From Neoechinorhynchus agilis (taxonomy: Eukaryota > Animalia > Acanthocephala), in assembly GCA_051530055.1 (NCBI GenBank), contig CM121342.1, positions 4,773,489-4,837,488 on the forward strand: a stretch of DNA of 64,000 nt, read 5' to 3'. Made by a program: the position numbers and the translations under genes. The notes below the pieces were generated by a model. The model saw only the letters and a list, made by a program, of their open reading frames with translations. It made no database searches and was not told the origin of the DNA. The stretch's first letter is position 1. The number at the start of each line of letters is the position of its first letter. This document shows positions 22,640 to 34,944 of the stretch, piece after piece.

Positions 22640-25045
22640 ACTTAACAAGCTCCTCTGACCGCTTCAATAAATCCGCATTCCTTAACGATAAAAACAATGC
22701 CACAAAGAAAACCCAAATACAATTGTTAACAAACAAAAATAAACATGTTATTACAAAAATAGGTAAATACACCTTTTGAACCTGACGTGTCTGTATTTAA
22801 TGCAAAAAACAATGTTATTTACCTTGAGAATACTTGTAAATACAACACTTTTCATTTGATAATAATAAAACGTTTTTTTGTTGTTGATGCACAACGAAGA
22901 GGACCTAAAATTATTGGAATTCGGGTCAGGTTCGATGGGGATATCTAGTCTGGTTGGAAGCTAGGAAAAGGGTGGGAATTATCAGTTATTGATTCTAGAA
23001 GAGTTTGTGAGGTTGGATGGATATGGAGATGTGAAGTGTGTTAAACAAGCGACACTGGAGCTGCAAGTTCGTCCAACTTTGTTGAGTAGTCCGCTGTGGA
23101 TGACGGATCCGGTGTGGATGGGCGGATCCAAAGTGGATGGACGGATCCGGAGTGGATGATGGATACGGTGTGGATGATGGATCCGGAGTGGATGGACGGA
23201 TACGGCGTGGATGGACGGATACGGTGTGGATGGACGGATCCGGAGTGGATGACGGATCCGGTGTGGATGGGCGGATCCGGTGTGGATGGACGGATCCGGT
23301 GTGGATGGACGGATCCGGACTGGATGACGGATCCGGACTGGGTGACGGATCCGGTGTGGATGGACGGATACGGTGTGGATGGACGGATCCGGAGTGGATG
23401 GACGGATACGGTGTGGATGATGGATCCAGTGGGGATGACGGATCCGGTGTGGATGGACGGATACGGTGTGGATGATGGATCCAGTGGGGATGACGGATCC
23501 GGTGTGAATGGACGGATCCGGTGTGGATGGACGGATACGGTGTGGATGATGGATCCAGTGGGGATGACGGATCCGGAGTGGATGACGGATACGGAGTGGA
23601 TGGACGGATCCGGTGTGGATGGACGGATCCGGAGTGGATGAAGGATCCGGACTGGGTGACTGATCCGGTGTGGATGGACGGATACGGGTGGATGGACGGA
23701 TCGGGCGGTGTGGATGGACGGATCCGGTGTGGATGGACGGATCCGGAGTGGATGGACGGATCCGGAGTGGATGGACGGATCCGGAGTGGATGATGGATCC
23801 GGAGTGGATGGACGGATACGGTGTGGATGATGGATCCAGTTAGGATGACGGATCCGGAGTGGATGATGGATCCGGTGTGGATGGACGGATCCGGAGTGGA
23901 TGAGGATCCGGGTGGATGGACGGATACGGGTGGATGATGGATCCAGTGGATGACGGATCCGGAGTGGATGACGGATCGGGTGGATGGCGGATGGGTGGGG
24001 TGGTGGGTGGTGGGATGACGGATCCGGAGTGGATGACGGATCCGGTGTGGATGGACGGATCCGGAGTGTATGGACGGATCCGGAGTGGATGGACGGATCC
24101 GGAGTGTATGGACGGATCCGGAGTGGATGGACGGATCCGGAGTGTATGGACGGATCCGGAGTGGATGGACGGATCCGGAGTGAATGGACGGATACGGTGT
24201 GGATGGACGGATCCGGGGTGGATGGACGGATCCGGACTGGATGACGGATCCGGAGTGGATGGACGGATACAAAGTACACGCACTTGATTTTCCAGTCGGA
24301 CAACAAAAATTCTCGGAAACAAAACTTTTTCTTTTGTTTGTGATCATTATAGCAAAAGATCATTATTGTTCACCGGTACCTCCTCAAATATCAACAACCA
24401 TTGAAAAACAGTTTTCTCATTAGACAAAGATTCAATTTGACCATTTTCTACAGGGAAACCCCAACTGAGTGATAGGCAAATTGACATTTGTTAGAATTGT
24501 TGTGGCACAACGCAGAAAGTAAACAACCTTCCAATATGAAACAACAATGCGCCCACCACTCGGATGTAAATGTGTCATCAAGATAGAAAATCCCTCAGAA
24601 TGATAAAGATGTGGTAATCCCAACCTGGAGATAGAAAATATTTCCGGAAGATATTTGACCGACGAGGAGATTCCTGTGTAAATATTTCCTATCGGGATTC
24701 CGGTTAAAACCAAAAGATATCGAAACTTTCTTAGCTTTTAATAGTTTCAATTAACGAACATCCCAAGAAACCGTAACAACCAAATAACTTAAAAATTAAC
24801 CGGAATCGCTTAAACCAAAATCCGTAACCAATACGATTTTCAGGATTCTTTTTTATCACAAATAACAACAATGATAACGCTGCTTTGATTTCTTCCACGT
24901 CCAAAGATCGTCGTTTATCGGCGGGAAAACTTATCGGACTTTTAATCGAGATACATTTAGCGCACCTTTCATTGAACTTCCGTTTTCTCCTTTTTCTTGA
25001 TCGATTTTTTGCGTAGAAATCGCTAATCTCTTTTTCCATTCGCAA
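22640..25045 (-). CDS. Unresolved multi-exon gene apparently interrupted by the GGATCC minisatellite
   Basis: Several open segments with GT/AG-like boundaries (e.g. CTCCAG|GT TGG GAT TAC CAC; CAAG|GTAAAT); no confident family. Confidence 0.3.
23096..24270. repeat. GC-rich minisatellite of 18/19-nt units GGATCCGGWGTGGATG(G)AC
   Basis: Dense GGATCC/TCCGGA; produces many overlapping low-complexity ORFs on both strands. Confidence 0.95.
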
Positions 25046-28000
25046 TCATTTTGTTGCAACCTTTTATCGAACTTTCATTGCTTGTTTTTTGAACATTTTA
25101 TTGAGTAGAAATCGCTGATCTCTTTTTCCATTCGCAATCATTTTGTTGCAACCTTTTATCGAACTTTCGTTGCTCTTTTTTTTGAACATTTTTTTGGGTA
25201 GAAATCGCTAATCTCTTTTTCTATTCGCAATCATTTTATTGCAACCTTTTATCGAACTTTCATTTCTCCTTTTTTTGAACATTTTTTGCGTAGAAATCGC
25301 TAATCTCTTTTTCCATTCGCAATCATTTTATTGCAACCTTTTATCGAACTTTCATTGCTCTTTTTTTGAACATTTTATTGGGTAGAAATCGCTAATCTCT
25401 TTTTCTATTCGCAATCATTTTATTGCAACCTTTTATCGAACTTTCATTTCTCCTTTTTTTAAACATTTTATAGCGTAGAAATCGCTGATCTCTTTTTCTA
25501 TTCGCAATCATTTTATTGCAACCTTTTATCGAACTTTCATTGCTTCTTTTTTGAACATTTTATTGCGTAGAAATCGCTAATCTCTTTTTCTATTCGCAAT
25601 CATTTTGTTGCAACCTTTTATCGAACTTTCATTGCTTGTTTTTTGAACATTTTATTGCGTAGAAATCGCTAATCTTTTTTCTATTCGCAATCATTTTGTT
25701 GCAACCTTTTATCGAACTTTCATTGCTCTTTTTTTGAACATTTTTTTGGGTAGAAATCGCTAATCTTTTTTCCATTCGCAATCATTTTGTTGCAACCTTT
25801 TATCGAACTTTCATTTCTCTTTTTTTGAACATTTTATTGCGTAGAAATCGCTAATCTTTTCCATTCGCAATCATTTTGTTGCAACCTTTTATCGAACTTT
25901 CGTTGCTCTTTTTTTTGAACATTTTTTTGGGTAGAAATCGCTAATCTTTTTTTCCATTCGCAATCATTTTATTGCAACCTTTTATCGAACTTTCATTTCT
26001 CCTTTTTTTAAACATTTTATTGCGTAGAAATCGCTAATCTCTTTTTCTATTCGCAATCATTTTATTGCAACCTTTTATCGAACTTTCATTGCTTGTTTTT
26101 TGAACATTTTATTGCGTAGAAATCGCTAATCTCTTTTTCTATTCGCAATCATTTTATTGCAGCCTTTCATGGAACTTTCATTTCTCTTTTATTGAACATT
26201 TTATTGGGTAGAAATCGCTGATCTCTTTTTCCATTCGCAATCATTTTGTTGCAACCTTTTATCGAACTTTCGTTGCTCTTTTTTTGAACATTTTATTGGG
26301 TAGAAATCGCTGATCTCTTATTTTATTCGCGATGATTTTATTGCAGTCTTTCATCGAACTTTCATTTCTCCTTTTTTTAAACATTTTATAGCGTAGAAAT
26401 CGCTAATCTCTTTTTCTATTCGCAATCATTTTATTGCAACCTTTTATGGAACTTTCATTTCTCCTTTTTTGAACATTTTATTGGGTAGAAATCGCTAATC
26501 TCTTTTTCTATTCGCAATCATTTTATTGCAGCCTTTCATGGAACTTTCATTTCTCTTTTATTGAACATTTTATTGGGTAGAAATCGCTGATCTCTTTTTC
26601 CATTCGCAATCATTTTGTTGCAACCTTTTATCGAACTTTCGTTGCTCTTTTTTTTGAACATTTTATTGGGTAGAAATCGCTGATCTCTTATTTTATTCGC
26701 GATGATTTTATTGCAGTCTTTCATCGAACTTTCATTTCTCCTTTTTTTAAACATTTTATTGCGTAGAAATCGCTGATCTCTTTTTCCATTCGCAATCATT
26801 TTATTGCAACCTTTTATCGAACTTTCATTGCTTGTTTTTTGAACATTTTATTGGGTAGAAATCGCTAATCTCTTTTTCTATTCGCAATCATTTTGTTGCA
26901 ACCTTTTATCGAACTTTCGTTGCTCTTTTTTGAACATTTTATTGGGTAGAAATCGCTAATCTCTTTTTCTATTCGCAATCATTTTATTGCAACCTTTTAT
27001 CGAACTTTCATTGCTCCTTTTTTGAACATTTTATTGGGTAGAAATCGCTAATCTCTTTTTCTATTCGCACTTATTTTGTTGCATCCTTTTATCGAACTTT
27101 CGTTGCTCCTTTTTTTGAACATTTTATTGCGTAGAAATCGCTAATCTCTTTTTCTATTCGCAATCATTTTATTGCAACCTTTCATGGAACTTTCATTTCT
27201 CCTTTTTTGAACATTTTATTGCGTAGAAATCGCTAATCTCTTTTTCCATTCGCAATCATTTTGTTGCAACCTTTTATCGAACTTTCATTGCTTGTTTTTT
27301 GAACATTTTATTGGGTAGAAATCGCTAATCTCTTTTTCCATTCGCAATCATTTTGTTGCAACCTTTTATCGAACTTTCGTTGCTCTTTTTTTTGAACATT
27401 TTTTTGGGTAGAAATCGCTAATCTCTTTTTCCATTCGCAATCATTTTATTGCAACCTTTTATCGAACTTTCATTTCTCCTTTTTTTAAACATTTTATTGC
27501 GTAGAAATCGCTAATCTCTTTTTCTATTCGCAATCATTTTATTGCAACCTTTTATCGAACTTTCATTGCTTGTTTTTTGAACATTTTATTGCGTAGAAAT
27601 CGCTAATCTCTTTTTCTATTCGCAATCATTTTATTGCAGCCTTTCATGGAACTTTCATTTCTCCTTTATTGAACATTTTATTGGGTAGAAATCGCTAATC
27701 TCTTTTTCTATTCGCAATCATTTTATTGCAACCTTTCATGGAACTTTCATTTCTCCTTTATTGAACATTTTATTGGGTAGAAATCGCTAATCTCTTTTTC
27801 CATTCGCAATCATTTTGTTGCAACCTTTTATCGAACTTTCATTGCTTCTTTTTTGAACATTTTATTGGGTAGAAATCGCTAATCTCTTTTTCCATTCGCA
27901 ATCATTTTGTTGCAACCTTTTATCGAACTTTCGTTTCTCCTTTTTTTGAACATTTTTTGCGTAGAAATCGCTAATCTTTTTTTCCATTCGCAATCATTTT

Positions 28001-28740
28001 ACAACCTTTTATCGAACTTTCATTTCTCCTTTTTTGAACATTTTATTGGGTAGAAATCGCTAATCTCTTTTTCTATTCTCAATCATTTTGTTGCAACCTT
28101 TTATCGAACTTTCGTTGCTCTTTTTTTTGAACATTTTTTTGGGTAGAAATCGCTAATCTTTTTTTCCATTCGCAATCATTTTATTGCAACCTTTTATCGA
28201 ACTTTCATTTCTCCTTTTTTTAAACATTTTATAGCGTAGAAATCGCTGATCTCTTTTTCTATTCGCAATCATTTTATTGCAACCTTTTATCGAACTTTCA
28301 TTGCTTGTTTTTTGAACATTTTATTGCGTAGAAATCGCTAATCTCTTTTTCTATTCGCAATCATTTTATTGCAGCCTTTCATGGAACTTTCATTTCTCTT
28401 TTTTTGAACATTTTATTGGGTAGAAATCGCTAATCTCTTTTTCTATTCTCAATCATTTTGTTGCAACCTTTTATCGAACTTTCGTTTTCTCCTTTTTCTT
28501 GAACGATTTTTTGCGTAGAAATCGCTAATCTCTTTTTCGATTCGCAATCATTTTATTGCAGCCTTTTATCGAACTTTCAGTGCTTCTTTTTCGAACATTT
28601 TTTTGGGTAGAAATCGCTAATCTCTTTTTCTATTCGCACTTATTTTGTTGCATCATTTTATCGAACTTTCGTTGCTCCTTTTTTTGAACGTAGAAATCGC
28701 TAATCTCTTTTTCTATTCGCAATCATTTTGTTGCAGCCTT
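24966..28740. repeat. Satellite array, 92-93-bp unit x ~40
   Basis: GTAGAAATCGCTAATCTC at 25013, 25105 and onward to ~28700. Confidence 0.97.
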
Positions 28741-28758
28741 GCATTTAAGTACATTACC

Positions 28759-30272
28759 ATGGAAGTTAACGAATTTGGCGCTCTTAAAATTACAGCAAAA
28801 GATGACTACCTTGAACGATCACAGGTATATTTGTTTTTTTTTGTTTAAAAAAATATTTTTGTACATAGGCGTGCGTGAGTGTATCTGGTTCAAATAAAGG
28901 AACAGAAAAAGTTATAATGACAAAAAACGATCAAAGGCTTCCTGAAATTAACCTCACTGATTGCCTTTCTTGTTCTGGATGTGTTACTTCAGCCGAAGCC
29001 GTCCTTGTCAATAGACAAAATCATAAGCGTTTGTTGGACACAATTCAATTCAAAAATGACCGAAAATGCATTGTGACACTGTCTTCTCATTCACTCGCAA
29101 ACTTGACGTTATTGGCAGGAATGACTGATGTTTACGAAGTATTGGTTTGTATCCGTCAATTTTTCCATACTTTGGATTGTGAGGTTAGCGAGATGGATCT
29201 CATGGCTAACTGTCAAACAATTGCTCATGATCTCATTTATGATGAATTTAAGCGGAAAACCCGTTTGCCTTTATCGCAGGTTGCTGCGATGATCTTTTTC
29301 GGTATTGTCCGATTATATTGGTACAGAAAGTTGAGATTCAAACTATAGAAATGATTTGTAACGGCGAAGTGCGCTTTGTCGTCTCGGATTCATTTGGAAA
29401 CAAGTTTTAAATTCTCAATGAGCGTCATTAGATTCTTGGTATCTTAAGCTAAATCTCAGCAGCCTGCAATGTAATAACCTCAGAATGTCCTGGTTGGATT
29501 TGTTACTGCGAAAAAACTCAAAATGACGACGTGCTCAACAAGATAGCGACCATTAGATCTCCACAGCAGATCGCGGCTTCTTTCCTAAAGAGAAGGTATC
29601 CATCAGCTCTTCAAGTATTTGTTATGCCTTGCCACGACAAGAAACTCGAAGCTGCTAAATTTAAGGATATTGAATGTGTCATAACTACTAGTGAGCTCGT
29701 GGAGTTAATGCATGAGCTCAATTGTCCCCTGATAAAGGAAAAAAGATTCCCAGAAGCAGCTAATACGACCGAGTACATGGCACTAGCTGGAGGTGGGTAC
29801 TTGGAAAATGTTAAGATTCGATTACTCAATGAGAATCCTATGTTGAAAGCAGAAGTTGAAGAATCTCGTGAAGATTGGATGCAAATTAGTTTGAAAGAAA
29901 ATGATCGAACCGCGTTTCGATTGGCGGAAACCGAGTGTTTTACGTGGTCTCTTTTGTCAAACACTCGCGTGCGTTCCATTATTGTACGCTTATGGATTCA
30001 AAAATCTCCAAAAGGTTTTATTTCGGTTAAAAAAGCGAAAAGGAAGCGGAATCGACTTTATTGAAGTTATGGCGTGTCCTGGAGCGTGCTTATTCGGTGG
30101 AAATGGGCAAGTACGAACGGACAACAAAATGCTACCTTTGATTCACTATTACCAAGATGTTATCTCGCAGTGTAAGACTAGTTCAAAACATGAGATATTA
30201 AATGAAATGAGAGATGAACACCTCCATACTGAATATCATACTATTTCACATAATAAAACAATTGATTGGTAA
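28759..30272 (+). CDS. NARFL: Cytosolic Fe-S assembly factor NARFL/IOP1, 4 exons (introns 28825-28868 GT-AG; ~29274-29473 and ~29927-29984 non-canonical)
   Basis: DDYLERSQ|[68 protein letters not shown]: all hallmark Nar1/NARFL motifs. Confidence 0.92.
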
Positions 30273-30718
30273 TTGATGATGGATTTCATAAACACGCAAA
30301 TCGCATTATTTTTTTGTTCCCTTCTATTTTCTCTTTTATTTCGAAGAGAAAGGCCATGAGAATGGAATAATCTGAGTGTTATTCAGTGGGTGAGTTTATA
30401 TTGGACGAATATTGTGCAATCAATCGATTCGGTGCGAATACAAACAGACAATGATTCCTGGACCAAAACAGTTGCGGATATGCGATCAAAATGGTAGTCG
30501 AGAGTTATGATTTCAGATCCTAAAAAAGCCGTGCCAACTCACAATTTAAAAAACACACACAAATATGTTCAATCGTTTACATAATGAACGAGGAAACAGT
30601 TTTCTAATGATCTACGACTTGGCTATTATTCGTTGAATGTCTTAAGATCAATTGAAAAGTAATCTGTTGGCGATCAATTTGGCTCATATAATCTATTGTG
30701 TGCTCATTATCTAAGTGT

Positions 30719-31860
30719 TCATGAGAAGTTCAGATAGCGATCGTTTTCTTCGGCAAGGACTCGTGTTCCTTGATATACTTCACAACTCTTTCGCTCCTCC
30801 TTTTCCTCCTTATGCAACACAATTGGGAGATGGCGCTTCAACGTGAGTGTGCATACAAAAGAGTCGGTGTGTGTGTAATACGATGTGAGTTCATCAATGC
30901 TGTCTGAACAAGGAGGAAACGGCTTAGTTTGGCTCACCAGTGTTAGGGGCAGCGGTAGCATTGGTTGTGGCGGCGTTGGACATTAATCCTAGTAATTCGG
31001 GGCTTTTTTCTGTCTAACATTTCATTACATCCTTTTTCAATTCCCAAAAATCTTTACTTTACCTCCTCAAATAACCATGGTCCCGCTGGACTCTGTAGAG
31101 AAGAAATCTCTCATTTTCCTCGTGGTCGGTATCATCCTGAACAATGAGACGTCTATTGTTTGAGTCACCAGGCGGCATTGCTGGCCGTCATGGACACTAA
31201 TCCATTTCATTACTTCCTAGAGTTTTCAATTTCCCAAAAATCATTAAAACCTCCTCAAATAACCATGGTCCCGCTGGACTCTGTGGAGAAGAAATCTCTC
31301 ATTTTCCTCATAGTCATCGAGATGATATCATCCTAAATCAATTTAACAAGAATTCTGAGTTAATGCTACGTGAAGAACAACAATGAGACGTCTATTGTTT
31401 GAGTCACCAGGCGGCATTGCTGGCCGTCATGGACACTAATCCATTTCATTACTTCCTAGAGTTTTCAATTTCCCAAAAATCATTAAAACCTCCTCAAATA
31501 ACCATGGTCCCGCTGGACTCTGTGGAGAAGAAATCTCTCATTTTCCTCGTGGTCGGTATCATCCTGAACAATGAGACGTCTATTGTTTGAGTCACCAGGC
31601 GGCATTGCTGGCCGTCATGGACACTAATCCATTTCATTACTTCCTAGAGTTTTCAATTTCCCAAAAATCATTAAAACCTCCTCAAATAACCATGGTCCCG
31701 CTGGACTCTGTAGAGAAGAAATCTCTCCTTTTCCTCGTGGTCGGTATCATCCTGAACAATGAGACGTCTATTGTTTGAGTCACCAGGCGCCATTGCTGCT
31801 GCTGCTGGTGGACATTGGAGCGATTCTCGTTTTTGTCTAGGATTTTTGGAGACGGTCTTC
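30719..31860 (-). CDS. Unresolved gene; one exon-like segment lies in the 188-bp repeat; weak SH2-like C-terminal segment
   Basis: FLLYRVQRDHGYL followed by AG|GTAAAG donor in last copy; downstream SDSIDELTSYY resembles SH2 helix B. Confidence 0.25.
31060..31797. repeat. Tandem array, 188-bp unit x ~4 (one copy with ~51-nt extra sequence)
   Basis: AACCATGGTCCCGCTGGACTCTGT at 31073, 31261, 31500, 31688. Confidence 0.93.
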
Positions 31861-32083
31861 TAGGCATTATTGAGGGCGATGGCTAGACGGACCGTCGGGG
31901 ACTCGAGTAAGGCGATTGTACACATATGTGTCTAGCCAGACGTACACTTTGCAGCTAGCGCCCTCCCAACTACCAATATAACATGCCACTGCCGCCATCA
32001 CGACTACAACGCCCCTCCTCCTTCTCCTTTTTGCTCGCTCTCCCAATCGCAGCAGTAAAACCGATTTCCTTAGATTCGCGAGA

Positions 32084-33590
32084 ATGGACAATAATGTCGA
32101 GGTTAAGAACGATACAACTAAGCCAAACATTGCGGATCCGATGTCCTTTGTAAGGCAGCTCCGGGAACAGCGCCGTGAAAAAATCGTTAGAATAAATAAT
32201 GATGATTTTAGTGACTGGAATAAACAAGGGTCCTCTTCACGTGATGATATTATATTTAGTATCCTACAAAAACATGATAAATCAAATCACCGACCTCCAA
32301 GGAAAAGGCCAAGTGAAGAAATTGGAACTTCCTTTTTCATTTCCTCACCTGCACAATCCAATCAACCTCGGCGACATTCCGTACCACTGACAGCTCAATC
32401 GAACCTTGAGCAGCGTCCGAACCTGGAACACATTCAACACTACACTTCGGCTTTGAACGCTCTACTCGCTTCACAAATCATACAACCGCTCAATTTCTTC
32501 TCCCAAGCTCTAGTGAACGCTACCATGTCAGCGGCAGCCGCGGCCTATGCTAGTCATATAGTTCCGTCCTCCTCCGCCGCCATCGTACAACCGCCATCTT
32601 CCAGTATTCCGATCGTTGAAGTCAAAGAAGATGAGAGGCAACGGCTCAATGAAGCAAGTGGAAGCAATACAACTGACGTTAGTTCTCCTCGTTCGGACGA
32701 ATCTTTAAAGAGGCTAAAAGAGCTCAAACTCGACGAACCGGGGAATCGCGTAAGATCAGGATTCGAGAAAGACCGATTCGAACGTACGCATGGTACTTTT
32801 GTGATTTAGTCGTCTTAGACGTTCTTTTGAATTACAAAAGAACCCATATGGTCAATTTCGGTGTTAATCAGATGAACTGTTTAGTCGAAAACTCACCTGT
32901 GTTAATAAGTTCAATGGTCGACAATAAAAGACGAAAAAGTCTGAATAATCGTATGTCCAACGGACTCAGTGTCGTCGTACCTTCTTCTTCTCAACCACTC
33001 CCACAGTTACAAGCCCAAGTCATGCAAATCGTTTGCGATATGGTCGCGAATGCAAGACGAGATATTTACCCTTTATCTGACGGTGAAACGATGTTTCGAA
33101 CACTTATTGAACAATGTTGGCATTCACTTATGATTACGTACATGATTGAACGAAATCTAGACCTTGATTTAGTTGAAAAAGAAACCAGAACGACTGAACT
33201 GATCGAAGATAGAACGGAGTTAAGGTCCGTGTTTAAACGAGCAAAAGTATTGATCGCAGGAGATAGAAGCATTCTTCAATTTTTCCGCCAATACATTCTA
33301 TTCAACTCAGGTATTGTTGTTGCTTTGGTTTTTCTTCTCTCGAGACTCATCAAGCAATGTCTTATTTAGGATGTCCTCAACTTCGCAAACACAGAGAACT
33401 TTGCTCAGCAGCTCTCGCAGTTCACACAAAACAAACACATCAAAATGGACTCGCTCGTTATGCAAGGCTTGCTCGATTTGCTCCATCGATTGCACAAATG
33501 GAGCAGGATGTTGTGAAGATAGTTCTTTGGGACAGCATCTTTGATGGAACCGATGTTGTGGCTCTAATCGACCATCTATGTAGCATTTGA
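32084..33590 (+). CDS. Divergent nuclear-receptor ligand-binding-domain protein (NR2-like C-terminus), no zinc-finger DBD seen
   Basis: LIEQCWHSL (helix 4/5), FRQYILFNS|GCPQLRKHRELCSAALAVH...RYARLARFAPSI...VALIDHL matches COUP/TLX-type helices 8-12; GT-AG intron 33311-33369; probable 26-nt intron 32793-32818. Confidence 0.65.
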
Positions 33591-34944
33591 TCTGTTGTGC
33601 ACAGCAATTCACCACAAATTAATGTTGAGAGTGTCTGTAACTGTCGTATTTAGAGCAAATATTTATCTTAGCTGTGAATAAAACAATAAACCTCGATGGG
33701 CGCGGAACAAGCGATTCTTCAAAAAAGAAACTTCAAATTTTTTGACACAAAAAACATTTTTTATTGAAAAGATTTTTGAAATTCAATCTTCCGAATTCCA
33801 GCTTCTCTCCTTCCTCGACCGTCGCCATCACGCTGCCAGCATTGCTTCGTTGTACTGCTAGCGAGGTATTTTGTCGATATTCTTTTAACTTTTTGTCGCG
33901 ACTTTAATCAAAATCTTTGCTGATTGGAAAAAATAGTCAATATTTCGTATGTCTAATCGCATTTTTAGAATCAACAAATAACAACTTTCACTCAAGTATA
34001 CAAAATGGACGAGAAACAAAGAATTCATTTTAGCACAATGGCGGAAGCGTTATGAAACGCGTCCGGCTCTTCGTTACCAACCATCCACTTTTTCCATACA
34101 ATTCACGTCCGTATTCGCTAGGTCAACTTTTAATACATTTTTAGGTGTTTAAAGCTTCTATCACCTTCTTGTATTCACTGAAATAAATCAGTGATCGATG
34201 AAAAGTAGGCTGTTTTGGATATTATTAAACTATCTTATTTCAATTTCGAATTTGCCCAAAGTGTACTCCTCTCTATGGGCTCTTCGGCAGTTTAGGAATT
34301 TTTGGATCAGTAGCTTAGGTCGTTGCAAATACAAAAATCGTGTTCAATGGCCGTTTTATTGATTGTGCTTAAAATCGTTTAAGCGTGCTGTAGAGCGTGA
34401 TTTAGACATTTAAAGGACCATTCTCGAATTAACGACAAGATTATATTGAAATATTCAGCAGCAGCAGACTTTTAATTTGTGTTAGAAAATGAGTCAACAG
34501 AACCCATTAGCGAAGGAGTTGCTTTTACGACCTGACAATTGTGAATCGAAGAAACTTAAAATTGATTCGGTTCCTTGCTTTAGCATGTACTTTTGGTTTT
34601 AATAACCCAATCAGACTATAACGATTCATTGCTTAATTCTATCAAAGACGTGTCTACCAAGATACATTGATTTTAGATTAACAATGTAAGCGATTTCCGA
34701 ATTATAAATTCCATACGACGCTGATTGTGTACTGGTAAATAATTTAGACTACATTAAAAAGATTAAAATAGGAGAAGAGCGCTCAACGGTTAGCACAACT
34801 TTGGACTTCTTACCGTAATGTCAATCGTGAAGCTTAAAAATATATAAATTTAAAACACAACAACCAAAGATTATTATTAAACTCACGCTTCATACAAACC
34901 AAGGATAGAAATGGTCGATTGAATTAAATAGACGAGGGCGGTGC

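Noticed and set aside
24430-24650. NTAQ1/WDYHV1 assignment from WDYHIFII and LGFPC
   Set aside because: Motifs lie in different frames and the other NTAQ1 motifs (CYCEEN, FASDRSHM) were not found
24820-24880. AGC-kinase-like KKNPENRIG
   Set aside because: No other kinase subdomains nearby
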